From Berkelbacteria bacterium GW2011_GWE1_39_12 (lineage in GTDB: Bacteria; Patescibacteriota; UBA1384; UBA12157), in assembly GCA_001029735.1 (NCBI GenBank), contig CP011213.1:11709-75708 (forward strand): a stretch of 64,000 nucleotides of DNA, read 5' to 3'. Both the position numbers and the translations under genes were made by a program. This document shows positions 30,117 through 40,426 of this stretch, piece after piece. Every line of letters begins with the position of its first letter. The stretch's first letter is position 1. The notes under the pieces were generated by a model. It saw nothing but the letters and a program-made list of their open reading frames with translations. It was not told where the DNA came from and did no database searches.

Positions 30117-31085
30117 TCAATTATTATTTTTCTTTAACATTCCTTCAATAAATAAGTCTATATTGCCATTCAAGACATCATCTGGATTTGTCGATGTCAC
30201 TTCGGTTCGGTGATCTTTGACTTGCTGGTACGGCTGTAAGACGTAGGAACGGATTTGACTGCCGAACGCGGCTGACATATGTTCCCCGCGAAGTTTGGCT
30301 TCTTCTTCTTTTTGCTTCCTTAATTTTAAGGCTAATAATTTACTTTGTAAAATATGCATAGCTAAAGCTTTATTTTGCCCTTGGCTGCGCTCGTTTTGAA
30401 CTGCGACTACAATACCTGATGGTAAATGAGTGACGCGGACCGCAGAGTCGGTCGTATTAACTGATTGACCGCCGTGACCGCCTGAACGATAAACATCTAT
30501 TTTGAGTTCTTTGTCTTCTATTGGCAGGGTTTCAGCTTCAGGAATATCTGGGATTACTTCAACTAAGGCAAAAGAAGTGTGGCGAGCCTTATCGGCATCG
30601 AACGGCGACATGCGAACTAAGCGGTGAACGCCGGCTTCCGTTTTTAAGTAGCCAAAAGCATAAGGACCGGTGATTTTCAAAGTTGCCGACTTAACCCCCG
30701 CCTCTTCTCCGCTTGAGATTTCCAAGAGTTCGTATTTAAAATCTTTGCGTTCAGCATAGCGCTCGTACATGCGAAGCAGCATTTCAGCCCAATCTTGCGC
30801 CTCGGTGCCGCCAGCGCCACTGTGTAGAGTTAAAATAGCGCCATTTTCGTCGTATTTATCTGATAAAGTCGCCTTTATCTCGAGTTCTTTAAGTTGATCT
30901 ACTGATTCGGCGGTTTCCCATTCAGTCACTAATTTTTGCAAATTAGACATTTCCTGGGTTTTTTGGCCGGCTTCCGCTGGGTTACCCCAAAAAGACGGTT
31001 CATTCATTTCTTTTTGAATTTCCGCTATTTTCTTCTGTTTTTCTTCGATTTTCAGCAAATTGTATAATTCTTCTTTGGTTGTCAC
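30117..31085 (-). CDS. prfB: peptide chain release factor 2 (no programmed frameshift seen)
   Basis: GAGGTEAQDWAEML, HRLVRMSPF (SPF anticodon motif), GGQ, QIRSYVLQPY. Confidence 0.96.
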   Translation of the reverse strand: MTTKEELYNLLKIEEKQKKIAEIQKEMNEPSFWGNPAEAGQKTQEMSNLQKLVTEWETAESVDQLKELEIKATLSDKYDENGAILTLHSGAGGTEAQDWAEMLLRMYERYAERKDFKYELLEISSGEEAGVKSATLKITGPYAFGYLKTEAGVHRLVRMSPFDADKARHTSFALVEVIPDIPEAETLPIEDKELKIDVYRSGGHGGQSVNTTDSAVRVTHLPSGIVVAVQNERSQGQNKALAMHILQSKLLALKLRKQKEEEAKLRGEHMSAAFGSQIRSYVLQPYQQVKDHRTEVTSTNPDDVLNGNIDLFIEGMLKKNNN

Positions 31086-31174
31086 TGTGACTCAATTTTA
31101 CCTGAAAATCGATCTTTATACAAGAAAAGACCCTTTGTCTTACGACTCAGGGTCTTTTCCTTATTGCTAACTTG

Positions 31175-31879
31175 TTAGAATTTAATCAAATTGGCAATTG
31201 AACGAGCACTTTGGAACTTACGCAAAGCATAAACTCCGGTACCCGCAAGCGCTATAACGCTTGGCAATACCATGTCTGGACCTGTGCTTGGCAATTTCTT
31301 AGCCGAAGGGGTCTCAGAAATGATATTTTCCGGTAAACTAACGACATTGTTGTTTGCATTCGCGTTAGCGTTTGCATTCGAACCGCCGTTGCTATCAGAA
31401 CTTTCGTCGCTGGATCCACCGTTTTCGGTAGAGTTTCCAGCATTTGATTCAGCATTAGCATTAGCTTCAGCTGAACCAGAAGCGCTTCCGCTTCCAATGT
31501 TGATCACATTGTTGTTGGCGTTGGCATCGGCGTTGGAGTTAGCGTTGTTATTCACAACGGTTGATCCAATTGAGCCTTCGTCGTAACCACAACCATCACC
31601 ACATAAAATAGTGTGATCATTTTCTTGAATCATGAGGTCAGGTGATCCCGAATTTGATATGGAATCAGAATTGGCCTCGGATGAACCTTCTGCGCTACCA
31701 CTACCAATGTTTATGACATTGTTGTTGGCATTAGCATTAGAGTTGCTGTTGGAATTATTGTTAACAATAAGATCGTTAACAAATCCAGTAATCCAATCGG
31801 ATTCATGGGCACTAGCAACATTTGCTGAGCCAAGGATAAGCGCTGAAGAAAATAAGACTGTTAAAATGATGTTTCGCAT
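31175..31879 (-). CDS. secreted Asn/Ala/Ser-repeat protein with LPxTG sorting signal
   Basis: Signal peptide ending ASA, three N(A/S)N..NNNV(I/V) repeats, LPSTG followed by a TM segment and basic tail. Confidence 0.8.
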   Translation of the reverse strand: MRNIILTVLFSSALILGSANVASAHESDWITGFVNDLIVNNNSNSNSNANANNNVINIGSGSAEGSSEANSDSISNSGSPDLMIQENDHTILCGDGCGYDEGSIGSTVVNNNANSNADANANNNVINIGSGSASGSAEANANAESNAGNSTENGGSSDESSDSNGGSNANANANANNNVVSLPENIISETPSAKKLPSTGPDMVLPSVIALAGTGVYALRKFQSARSIANLIKF

Positions 31880-32035
31880 TTTAATCCTTTCTCTTTTAGC
31901 CTAATGCATTAGAAGGCTAAAAGACCTAAATTATTAAAGATTTCGACCAAATCTTCCGCTTTCAAATTACTTTGAAAGCAGGAGTTTGGGGGCCGACACG
32001 TAGTCGGCCCGACCAAGATCCCGAAGGATCTAATG

Positions 32036-32830
32036 TTAATTGCCGCTTCCTGCGGCACCGTTACCGTTGGCGACGGCCGCGCCTGTTGCGGATCCGTCCC
32101 CGATGTTAATGACGTTGTTATTCGCGTTGTCATTAACATTCGTATTACTGTTGTTGTTAACAACGTTGGCGTCTCCGCCTTTAACGTTGTTACAAATACT
32201 GATACTGGTATTCGATACCGGCACTGCCGATACCGAGAGCAGTTGCTGACTGTTGGTCTGCCACGGCGATTGACCGCCGATCTGACCACACATTACAGGC
32301 GCAGAAGAAAAGTAGTTGTTGGTCACATTTGTCACCGGCTGTACCGGCACCTCGTGAACAACTTTGGTTTCATGAACTACTTCAGTCTTTTCGTGAATGA
32401 CTTGTGTTTCATGTTCGCGGATCACTTCGGTCGGCTTGATCTTCACGATGACCTTCCGCTTGATACGGATGACCTTGTTGTTACAGGCCTTATGATTCTT
32501 GGCCGGCTTATGGATCCTCATTACTCCGTACTTGTCAGTGAAGAGAAATGTGCTTGCCATACCGGCTTTGATGTAGTCATACTGCTCACCTGTCTGACTA
32601 AGTTGTTCTGAAATTACTTCCAGCTCAGTCTGATCAAGAACTGCAAGAGTATACTGCCCTGGTGTTGTCATTTCCCAGGTTGTCATCTCTTGTGCCTTGA
32701 CGGTGGTTGCAGGAGCTACGCTAACTTCTTGCTGCGGAACTACGCCGACGACGACTACATCCTCGGCTGAAGCCATGGATGCGATCGCCAACATGACCAA
32801 TATCCCTGTCAGAGTTACTAATCGTTTCAT
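32036..32830 (-). CDS. secreted protein with VxHE repeats and C-terminal Asn-rich repeat
   Basis: Signal peptide; VIREHETQVIHEKTEVVHETKVVHEV; NNNSNTNVNDNANNNVINIGDG. Confidence 0.78.
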   Translation of the reverse strand: MKRLVTLTGILVMLAIASMASAEDVVVVGVVPQQEVSVAPATTVKAQEMTTWEMTTPGQYTLAVLDQTELEVISEQLSQTGEQYDYIKAGMASTFLFTDKYGVMRIHKPAKNHKACNNKVIRIKRKVIVKIKPTEVIREHETQVIHEKTEVVHETKVVHEVPVQPVTNVTNNYFSSAPVMCGQIGGQSPWQTNSQQLLSVSAVPVSNTSISICNNVKGGDANVVNNNSNTNVNDNANNNVINIGDGSATGAAVANGNGAAGSGN

Positions 32831-32831
32831 G

Positions 32832-33998
32832 CTACTTTACCTCCATCTCGAAGTTGATATCGTCACCGGGGCAAAGCCCCTTGGAACCGATCGATTCGAC
32901 TTCTGCGTAGATTTTTCCTTGGCTCGCGCTTGTAATCATAGCCGTGGCGGCCTCATAGCCCTTGCGGGTAAAAGTCACCTTCGCACCCTGCTTTATCCGA
33001 CCGTTTACCCTAATGGTGAAGGACGAATGGTCCAGCCCTGTAAGGATAAGGCGGTACTCACCACAGAGAACGTAAATCCTCTTTGATGATGGGGGACGAG
33101 CAACGATTGTCAGCTTGTTATCTGCAACAGCGTAACCATCAGACTTCATGTCGATCCTTGGCTTAGGTGTTTCCACTTTGGGCTGAGGCTGGACAATGGG
33201 TTTCGGTTCTGCAACGGGTGCAGGTTGAGGCTGTGCTACGGGTGTTTGCGACTGAACAATGGGTGCAGGAGCGGTCATCTGGTTCAAGGTTTGCCGCTGG
33301 GCATTCCTCATAGCCAAATAACCAGGATCCGGTAGCGCAGTCGTCGGCTGGAAAGCCGGCGAAAGCATTGAGCACCACTGCTCATCGGTGAAGTTCCAGC
33401 ATTCTTCAGGTGCACTCTGCACCAGAACCTGCTGGACCATACCGTTGGTCCGATTGGAAGTCCAGTTGAAAGGAAGGAAGACAACCGTTAGACGGTTTTT
33501 CTTATCCCGACTTGTAACTTTCCATTCAAACGCATAGCTACCAGGATCAAGATATGGAATCTCAACCTGATAACCTTTTAGTGCCTCTAGCTCGGCGAGC
33601 CAGCAAGTTGCACCATGATCGGGCGTCAGTTCGACCTTCACAACGTGTTCAACGTTGCTAAAATCGCTGTATGCTCGATACACAGGTGATTTTGCGGCTA
33701 CAGCATCTCGAAACATCGACTTGTTCATCACAAGCCGCGGGAACATGTTCGTGGATGAAAACCATGAAGTAATGGGTTGGTAGGTACGTTTGTACTCACT
33801 TCTTCCATCAGCTCCTAAGCATCTCTCGACGCTCTTTCGGCATGCATCCATTCTCGATCCCATCGAGACACCTGCGGCTGATTCCGTGAGTGTCACACCT
33901 CCGCCGACCGAAATGGCCGCATTGGCATAAACACTCTGAGTTACCGCCATGGTGGCGATAACTACTAGCAACATTGCGATAGTTAACGTGCGTCGCAT
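32832..33998 (-). CDS. secreted two-domain hypothetical protein with Pro/Gln linker
   Basis: Signal peptide, PQPQPAPVAEPKP-type linker; first gene of the operon. Confidence 0.75.
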   Translation of the reverse strand: MRRTLTIAMLLVVIATMAVTQSVYANAAISVGGGVTLTESAAGVSMGSRMDACRKSVERCLGADGRSEYKRTYQPITSWFSSTNMFPRLVMNKSMFRDAVAAKSPVYRAYSDFSNVEHVVKVELTPDHGATCWLAELEALKGYQVEIPYLDPGSYAFEWKVTSRDKKNRLTVVFLPFNWTSNRTNGMVQQVLVQSAPEECWNFTDEQWCSMLSPAFQPTTALPDPGYLAMRNAQRQTLNQMTAPAPIVQSQTPVAQPQPAPVAEPKPIVQPQPKVETPKPRIDMKSDGYAVADNKLTIVARPPSSKRIYVLCGEYRLILTGLDHSSFTIRVNGRIKQGAKVTFTRKGYEAATAMITSASQGKIYAEVESIGSKGLCPGDDINFEMEVK

Positions 33999-34212
33999 TA
34001 TTAGGTCCCCTTTCCTCTACTGAATTCTAATTAGCGATAGTTTCTCACCACATTTTTGGGGCGAGAATCAGCCGAAATCTGGGAAGGAGGGGCAGACCAA
34101 TAAAAATAAATTTAATAGGTCACTCTCCACAGATCTCAGCTGGTTCCCACCCACGACTTTTAAAGTCGTAGTAATTAAAAAGGAGCTTATAACTCCTTTT
34201 GAAATACACACC

Positions 34213-34241
34213 AATATACCACAAACAGACGAGATTGTCAA
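34213..34241 (-). promoter_or_regulatory. sigma70 promoter of the secreted-protein operon
   Basis: TTGACA, 17 nt spacer, TATATT with extended -10 TG. Confidence 0.65.
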
Positions 34242-34311
34242 CCCCCTTTCGAGCCAAATTTCTCCATATATTCTTTTTCAACCATATAATTATATGGTTC
34301 AGAGTTCTATA

Positions 34312-35652
34312 TCATTTTTTACTAATGACAAAACCGGACGAGTTATCTTCTAAATTAAAACCAGCGGCTTCGATTTCTTTTCTGAGTTCATCAGCCTTAG
34401 CGTAGTCACCTGCTTTTCGAGCTTCATCTCGTTCTTTCGCTTTTTGTTCGATTTCAACCGGGATTTTCGCCTGTTTTTCAAGATCTAAGGCAAAAACAGG
34501 TTCAAACTCTTGCCAAAGGAAAAAATCCTGCGCTTGGTGCAGAATTGCGAGCGCTTTCGGCGTATCTAAGTCATCGTTTAGTGCATCTTTAATTTTTTGA
34601 ATATATTCTGTTTTTTGTTCGGTAGTTAATTTTGTCTCTATGTCTTTTAACTTGCGGATACTTTTAAGCGTATTTTGGGCGCCTTCGATACCAGCCCAGG
34701 TAAAATTGAGCTTACTGCGATAATGAGCGGTAAGGGCTAAATATCGGTATGCAAGGGGTTCAAACCCCTTCTCTACCAAGGTAGAAAGCCTCAAAAAACT
34801 GCCCTTTGATTTGGCCATTTTTCCGCCCTCTTCAAGGAGAAACTCGCCATGTAACCAGTAATTTGCCGGTATTTTACCATTTGCGGCTTCAGATTGGGCA
34901 ATCTCGTTAGGATGGTGAACTGTCAGGTGATCTACCCCTCCTGTATGGATGTCGAACTGTTCACCAAGGTATTTAGTGCTCATAGCCGAACACTCGATAT
35001 GCCAGCCTGGAAAACCCTTCCCCCATGGACTTTCCCACTCCATCTGTCTTTGATGGTCTGTGGGTGAAAACTTCCAGAGCGCAAAATCAGCCGGATTCTT
35101 CTTTTCTTTATTCTCTTCAATGCGTGTACCAGTGAGCTGTCCCTCAACATTTAGATTGGCTAATTTACCGTAATCTTTCAATTTGGAAGTATCGAAATAA
35201 ATGCCGTCAGAAGTCTTATAGACGAAGCCATTTTCTTCGATTTTTTTAATAAATTCAATTTGGTCTTCAATATGATCTGTGGCTTTAGAGAAAATTTCAG
35301 GTGTTTCAATGTTAAGTTCTTTAAGGTCTTCCTTAAAAGCCTTGGTATACTTTTCCGCTATTTCCCAGACAGATTGGTTTTCTCTGGCGGCGCCTTTTTC
35401 GATCTTATCTTCACCAGTATCTTCATCTGAGGTTAAATGACCGACATCGGTAATATTCATGACTTCAGTGATTTTATAGCCGCTTAGCTCTAAAACCCTT
35501 CTTAAGATATCTTCAAAAATATAGGTCCTTAAATTACCCAAGTGGGCATAGTCATAGACCGTTGGCCCACAAACATACATTTTGACCTGATTGTCAGCTA
35601 TGGGTTTAAATTCCTGCTTTTCTTTACCTAAACTGTTATAAAATTTAACCAT
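34312..35652 (-). CDS. cysS: cysteine--tRNA ligase
   Basis: [27 protein letters not shown]. Confidence 0.97.
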   Translation of the reverse strand: MVKFYNSLGKEKQEFKPIADNQVKMYVCGPTVYDYAHLGNLRTYIFEDILRRVLELSGYKITEVMNITDVGHLTSDEDTGEDKIEKGAARENQSVWEIAEKYTKAFKEDLKELNIETPEIFSKATDHIEDQIEFIKKIEENGFVYKTSDGIYFDTSKLKDYGKLANLNVEGQLTGTRIEENKEKKNPADFALWKFSPTDHQRQMEWESPWGKGFPGWHIECSAMSTKYLGEQFDIHTGGVDHLTVHHPNEIAQSEAANGKIPANYWLHGEFLLEEGGKMAKSKGSFLRLSTLVEKGFEPLAYRYLALTAHYRSKLNFTWAGIEGAQNTLKSIRKLKDIETKLTTEQKTEYIQKIKDALNDDLDTPKALAILHQAQDFFLWQEFEPVFALDLEKQAKIPVEIEQKAKERDEARKAGDYAKADELRKEIEAAGFNLEDNSSGFVISKK

Positions 35653-35718
35653 TTAAATTTTTCCGCGCTCCGAGGGAGCTATATAACTTGATCATTCAGT
35701 CTTTCTAAAGTTAGTAAA

Positions 35719-35952
35719 TTACTCCAAGTCGTCTGAATCGCCTGAAGAATCTTCTTCCAGGGCTTCCAGCGGATATACATCTGGTTCTTTGCCGCTAAAA
35801 TCTTCGTCTTCTTCTTCCCCATTAACAACCGGGTCAACTAAACCTTCGTCGATTTTACTCATTAAATCGCCGCAAACAATACAATGATCACCGGCTAAAC
35901 CGACATTTCCACAGGTGTTGCAAATTCCATCGCTGAAATCTGTCTTTTTCAC
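35719..35952 (-). CDS. small zinc-ribbon protein with acidic tail
   Basis: CNTC...CIVC; aaaggag SD before GTG. Confidence 0.7.
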   Translation of the reverse strand: MKKTDFSDGICNTCGNVGLAGDHCIVCGDLMSKIDEGLVDPVVNGEEEDEDFSGKEPDVYPLEALEEDSSGDSDDLE

Positions 35953-35965
35953 GACTCTCCTTTAA

Positions 35966-36571
35966 TTAATAAGCATTACGGCCTTCAAGCGCTCTGGTTA
36001 GGGTTATTTCGTCAGCATATTCCAAGTCTCCGCCAACCGGTAAACCTCGCGCTATTCTGGTCACTTTTATTTTTATTTTGTCCTTTTCTACCAATTTTGC
36101 AATATACATAGCCGTTGCTTCTCCTTCAAGAGAAGGATCAGTGGCTAAAATCATCTCGTCGAATTTCTCTTCTTTAAGTTTAGCAATAAGTTCAGCCACT
36201 CGCAATTGCTCCGGACCAACACCATCTATAGGAGAGATAACCCCTCCTAGAACGTGGTACAACCCGTTGTAAGAGGTTTTACTGAGAGCAACTACATCAA
36301 GTGGCTCCTCGACAACCATAACCGTATTTTTCTCTCTTTTTGGATCGGCACAGATATTACAGGGTGATTGTTCGGCTATATTAAAACACTCCTGACAATA
36401 AACCAGATTCTTCTTCAGGTTAGTAACAGATTCGCCTAAACTCTCGATATCTGTATTGCTCTTGGTTAACAGATAAAAAACTAACCTGGAGGCGGTTTTA
36501 GGGCCAATTCCTGGTAATTTACCGAATTCATCGATTAATTTTTGGACGGAATCAGGGAGTATTTTTGACAT
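35966..36571 (-). CDS. recR: recombination protein RecR
   Basis: LPGIGPKTA, C4 zinc finger, YHVLGG, EGEATA, GGDLEYAD. Confidence 0.97.
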   Translation of the reverse strand: MSKILPDSVQKLIDEFGKLPGIGPKTASRLVFYLLTKSNTDIESLGESVTNLKKNLVYCQECFNIAEQSPCNICADPKREKNTVMVVEEPLDVVALSKTSYNGLYHVLGGVISPIDGVGPEQLRVAELIAKLKEEKFDEMILATDPSLEGEATAMYIAKLVEKDKIKIKVTRIARGLPVGGDLEYADEITLTRALEGRNAY

Positions 36572-36589
36572 ATTATTTAAGTTAAGCTT

Positions 36590-38743
36590 TTATTTGGAAT
36601 AATCACACTCACTACACTTGATCTTATCCTTACCTGCTTTCAATAGCAACTTTCCACATTCAGGACACTTTTCACTGGTTGGCTCATTCCAAAATGCCGT
36701 TTTACACTTTGGATAGCCCGAGCAACCCCAAAAAGTTCTGCCTTTTTTAGTTCTTCGTTGAATCAATTTTTCACCACAATTAGGACATGGCACATCTGTT
36801 TCTACGGTGATTGTTTTAGTAGTTTTGCATTCCGGATATCCTTCACAGGCTAAAAACTTACCATAACGACTTTCTTTTAGAACCATATTTTTACCACATT
36901 TTGGACATTTTTCGTCGGTTGGCTCCCCTTCCGGTTTATTTTCTTCACCGGGTTTAGTGATTGGGCGCGTAAATTTGCACTCAGGGTAACCCTTACAAGC
37001 CATGAATTTACCAAAACGTCCCATTTTTATCATTAGATTTTGACCGCATTTCGGACATTTTTCGTCGGTTTCTTCTTGAAGATCGGCTTTTTTAACGCTT
37101 TCCATTTTTTCAGTTAAATTCTTGGCAAATGGGTCGTAAAACTCTTTAAGAACTGGTTGCCATTTGAGTTTTCCTTCCGCAATTTCATCTAAATTTTCTT
37201 CCATTTTAGCCGTAAAATCATAGTCGACGATTTGAGGAAAATTTTCCACTAAAATATCGCTGACGGCAATACCGATATCTTTAGGTATAAACCTACCTTC
37301 GATTTTTTCCACGTATCCCCTGTCTTGGATAGTAGATAAGGTTGGAGCGTAGGTTGAAGGTCGGCCAATCCCCCGCTTTTCGAGTTCTTTAATCAAACTT
37401 CCTTCAGAGTAACGCGGTAATGGTTCGGTAAAGTGCTGAATTTTATCTAATTTTTCCAAGCTTAATTTATCGCCTATATTAAGCTCGGGAAGAAAATTTT
37501 CCATCGCCTCATTAGTCTTGTAGAGTTTCATGAAACCGTCAAATTTAACCTTTAAGCCCTTGGCAGTAAAGATAAATTCGCCGTTCTTGATTTTTGCGGT
37601 GGTTTCCGCCACAATCGCCTCTTGCATCTGGGAAGCCATCATCTTTTTCCAGATTAATTCATAAATCTTTTGATGCTGAGCGGTTAACGGAATTTTATCT
37701 GAAGTAACGTTCATATCTGTCGGACGGATAGCTTCATGTGCTTCTTGAGCGCCTTTGGATTTGGTTTTAAAAACTCGCGGCGTTTCTAATGCGTATTTTT
37801 CGCCATATTTAGAGGTAATAACTTCTTGTGCTTGTTTTAACGCCTGGGCTGAGATATTAACAGAGTCAGTTCTCATATAGGTGATGAAACCGTCTTCATA
37901 AAGGTTTTGGGCTAACCGCATGGTCTGTTTGGCACTGTATTTGAACTTACTGCCGGCTTCCATTTGCAGAGTACTAGTGGTAAATGGCGGCGAAGGATGC
38001 TTTTTTTTATCTTCACTCTTTAAATCTGCAACTTCATAATCCCCTGTTTTCAACTGATCATCAATTTCTTTGGCCTCTTTTTCGCTTTTGATGGCCAATT
38101 TATCCAGTTTTTTGCCACTTCTCTCGGTTAAATCAGCTGTAAATTGTACCTTATTCTTACTAAGTAAAGCTTCAATAGACCAATATTCAACCGGTATAAA
38201 TTTTTGTATTTCTTTTTCGCGCTCGACAACCAGCCGCACCGCAACGGATTGAACTCTACCGGCGGACAGGCCTCTGGCCACTTTTTGCCATAAAAACGGT
38301 GAAAGTTTATAACCTACCAAACGGTCTAGGACACGACGGGCTTGCTGCGCATCAACCAGATCCATGTCGATTTCTCGAGGATGTTCAACGGCAGAAGTGA
38401 TGGCGGATTTAGTGATTTCAGTAAAAGTAATACGTTGATATGGTATTTTAGGCTTTAAGGCTTCGACTAAATGAAAAGCGATGGCCTCCCCTTCTCTATC
38501 ATAGTCAGTTGCAAGATAGACTTTGTCGGCTTTAGCCATAGCCGATTTAAGAGCTTTAATGGTTTTTTCGGCTTTTTCAGGGATTTCATAGGTTGGTTCA
38601 AAGTTTTTCTTGGTATCTACCCCAATTTTACTTGAAGGTAAATCGCGGACATGACCAAAAGAGGCCAAGACTTTATAATCTTTGCCCAAATATTTTTCGA
38701 TGGTTTTCCCCTTTGCGGGAGACTCAACTATAACTAAATTCAT
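36590..38743 (-). CDS. topA: DNA topoisomerase I
   Basis: LVIVESPAK, DYDREGE, SAGRVQS, ITYMRTDS, C-terminal zinc ribbons. Confidence 0.98.
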   Translation of the reverse strand: MNLVIVESPAKGKTIEKYLGKDYKVLASFGHVRDLPSSKIGVDTKKNFEPTYEIPEKAEKTIKALKSAMAKADKVYLATDYDREGEAIAFHLVEALKPKIPYQRITFTEITKSAITSAVEHPREIDMDLVDAQQARRVLDRLVGYKLSPFLWQKVARGLSAGRVQSVAVRLVVEREKEIQKFIPVEYWSIEALLSKNKVQFTADLTERSGKKLDKLAIKSEKEAKEIDDQLKTGDYEVADLKSEDKKKHPSPPFTTSTLQMEAGSKFKYSAKQTMRLAQNLYEDGFITYMRTDSVNISAQALKQAQEVITSKYGEKYALETPRVFKTKSKGAQEAHEAIRPTDMNVTSDKIPLTAQHQKIYELIWKKMMASQMQEAIVAETTAKIKNGEFIFTAKGLKVKFDGFMKLYKTNEAMENFLPELNIGDKLSLEKLDKIQHFTEPLPRYSEGSLIKELEKRGIGRPSTYAPTLSTIQDRGYVEKIEGRFIPKDIGIAVSDILVENFPQIVDYDFTAKMEENLDEIAEGKLKWQPVLKEFYDPFAKNLTEKMESVKKADLQEETDEKCPKCGQNLMIKMGRFGKFMACKGYPECKFTRPITKPGEENKPEGEPTDEKCPKCGKNMVLKESRYGKFLACEGYPECKTTKTITVETDVPCPNCGEKLIQRRTKKGRTFWGCSGYPKCKTAFWNEPTSEKCPECGKLLLKAGKDKIKCSECDYSK

Positions 38744-39849
38744 TTTTTCTTTAATTTTCCTTTAATGACATAACAGGTTCCACCAAGATTGGAAATCATG
38801 CCTTTCATTTCTAACATAATTAGGGTGCTGTTGACAAGGGGTGCGGGTAGTTTGGACGTTCGGATTATCTCATCAACTAGATTTGGTTTCTTTAGTAAGT
38901 TTAACAGAATTTCTTCTTCGGGGGTATCGGCTAGAATCTCTTGGGCCTCTTTTTGACCCGATTTTTCGGCGATCTGTAGATCTGTTAAAATGTCGTCTGC
39001 CTCTGTAACAAGCTTGGCCCCCATTTTGAGTAATTTATTCGGGCCTTCAGAGGTTTCCGAGTAAATATGGCCTGGCACGGCGTAAACTTCCCTGTTATAT
39101 TCTAACGCCGCTTTGGCGGTAATCAGCGAACCAGAATCAACCGCTGCTTCGATTACTAGAGTCCCAAGGCTCATTCCGGCAATAATGCGGTTTCGCATGG
39201 GGAAATTTGATCTGTAAGCCGGCATCCCGATTGGAAACTCGGAAATGATCGCTCCCCCACTCTGAAGAATTTTATCGGCTAAACGAGTGTTGGAAACAGG
39301 GTAAATTTGATCTAACCCACAGCCTAAAACCCCGATAGTTCGGCCTTTTGCCTCGAGAGCGGCTTGGTGAGCTAAGGCATCGATACCTAAAGCTAGACCT
39401 GAAACGATAGTTAATTTATTTTTGGCTAATTTGTAAACCAGATCTTCGGTTAATCTTTGGCCATAGGTAGTGTATTTACGAGAACCAACAACGGCCAGAG
39501 AAACTTCGTCTTCAGGCAAAAGTTTGCCTTTTATATATAGTACGGCCGGAAGATCGGGTATTTCTTTAAGTAGCGCCGGATATTCCTTGTCGGCTAGGGT
39601 AACAACGCTAATTCCCCTCTTTTCGGCTTCTTGGAGTGCCCGATCTGGGTCGACTTTCGAAATTACCTCTTTAACGGCATTAATTTGACCTAAGTCCAAA
39701 CCGGCAGCGGCCAAATCAACCTCTTTTGCGCTCCAAACAGCAGAGATTTTCTTAAACCTCTTATATAGTTTGCCAATGGTTCTGGCACCGATTTTTTGGT
39801 GAGTTGTGAGCGCCACGTAGTACTTTTTCTCGTCCAAATTTCCCTCCAC
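38740..39849 (-). CDS. dprA: DNA-processing protein DprA
   Basis: AVVGSR, VSGLALGIDALAH, FPMRNRIIAG, SGSLITA. Confidence 0.97.
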   Translation of the reverse strand: MEGNLDEKKYYVALTTHQKIGARTIGKLYKRFKKISAVWSAKEVDLAAAGLDLGQINAVKEVISKVDPDRALQEAEKRGISVVTLADKEYPALLKEIPDLPAVLYIKGKLLPEDEVSLAVVGSRKYTTYGQRLTEDLVYKLAKNKLTIVSGLALGIDALAHQAALEAKGRTIGVLGCGLDQIYPVSNTRLADKILQSGGAIISEFPIGMPAYRSNFPMRNRIIAGMSLGTLVIEAAVDSGSLITAKAALEYNREVYAVPGHIYSETSEGPNKLLKMGAKLVTEADDILTDLQIAEKSGQKEAQEILADTPEEEILLNLLKKPNLVDEIIRTSKLPAPLVNSTLIMLEMKGMISNLGGTCYVIKGKLKKK

Positions 39850-39877
39850 TTATCTATTCTAACACAACCTTTATACC

Positions 39878-39906
39878 TTGACATTTGACCTCTTTTATGG
39901 TATATT
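39878..39906 (+). promoter_or_regulatory. sigma70 promoter
   Basis: TTGACA, 17 nt spacer, TATATT with extended -10 TG. Confidence 0.65.
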
Positions 39907-40002
39907 ATTTAAGTTCAGTCGTATGACTGGGCTCGTTCCACAGGGTGGAATAAGGGTGTAACTCCTCACCTTACAGGGAGTATCAGTTAAGGAGGTAAGT
40001 GT

Positions 40003-40311
40003 ATGCTTACCGAGAAAAAAAGATACGATATTTTCGCCGGTCAAGGAAGGTCAGATTTGATAACCTCATTCTTCGAGAAGGGTTGTCATTATCCTTTTCA
40101 ACTGCAGATTAAGACCGCAGACACGCAAAATACTAGCGCAAATCTTGAAGTGCGGCTGGAGTCGGTAATGTGGGAAGATAATTCCCGAGCCATCTGCATA
40201 CTCCAAGGCTATCTACAAGGTAGTCATCTCTATCCATTCAATGCGAATAGCAGGCATATCAAGGCCTGCTACAACACAGTTACGCGCAGAGGCTGGATAG
40301 AAACTATCTAA
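40003..40311 (+). CDS. hypothetical protein (orphan)
   Basis: taaggaggt SD, own promoter, terminator aaaccccg..cggggttt at 40328-40355. Confidence 0.7.
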   Translation: MLTEKKRYDIFAGQGRSDLITSFFEKGCHYPFQLQIKTADTQNTSANLEVRLESVMWEDNSRAICILQGYLQGSHLYPFNANSRHIKACYNTVTRRGWIETI

Positions 40312-40426
40312 CATTGATCGCAATATCAAACCCCGAGCATTCGTGCCCGGGGTTTGTCATATCTAGTTGACTTTTTAATAAGTTTAGCGTACTATAATTG
40401 GTCGAGTAGACAGAAAGAGGGAGACA

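Noticed and set aside
31175-32200. CRISPR array or DNA tandem repeat
   Set aside because: The repeats are degenerate at the DNA level and conserved only as peptide; there is no constant repeat-spacer period and no cas genes.
31252-33378. Overlapping alternative-frame ORFs such as 32033-32611 (+) and 31909-32289 (-)
   Set aside because: Shadows of low-complexity, stop-poor repeat genes; the chosen frames have signal peptides and plausible starts.
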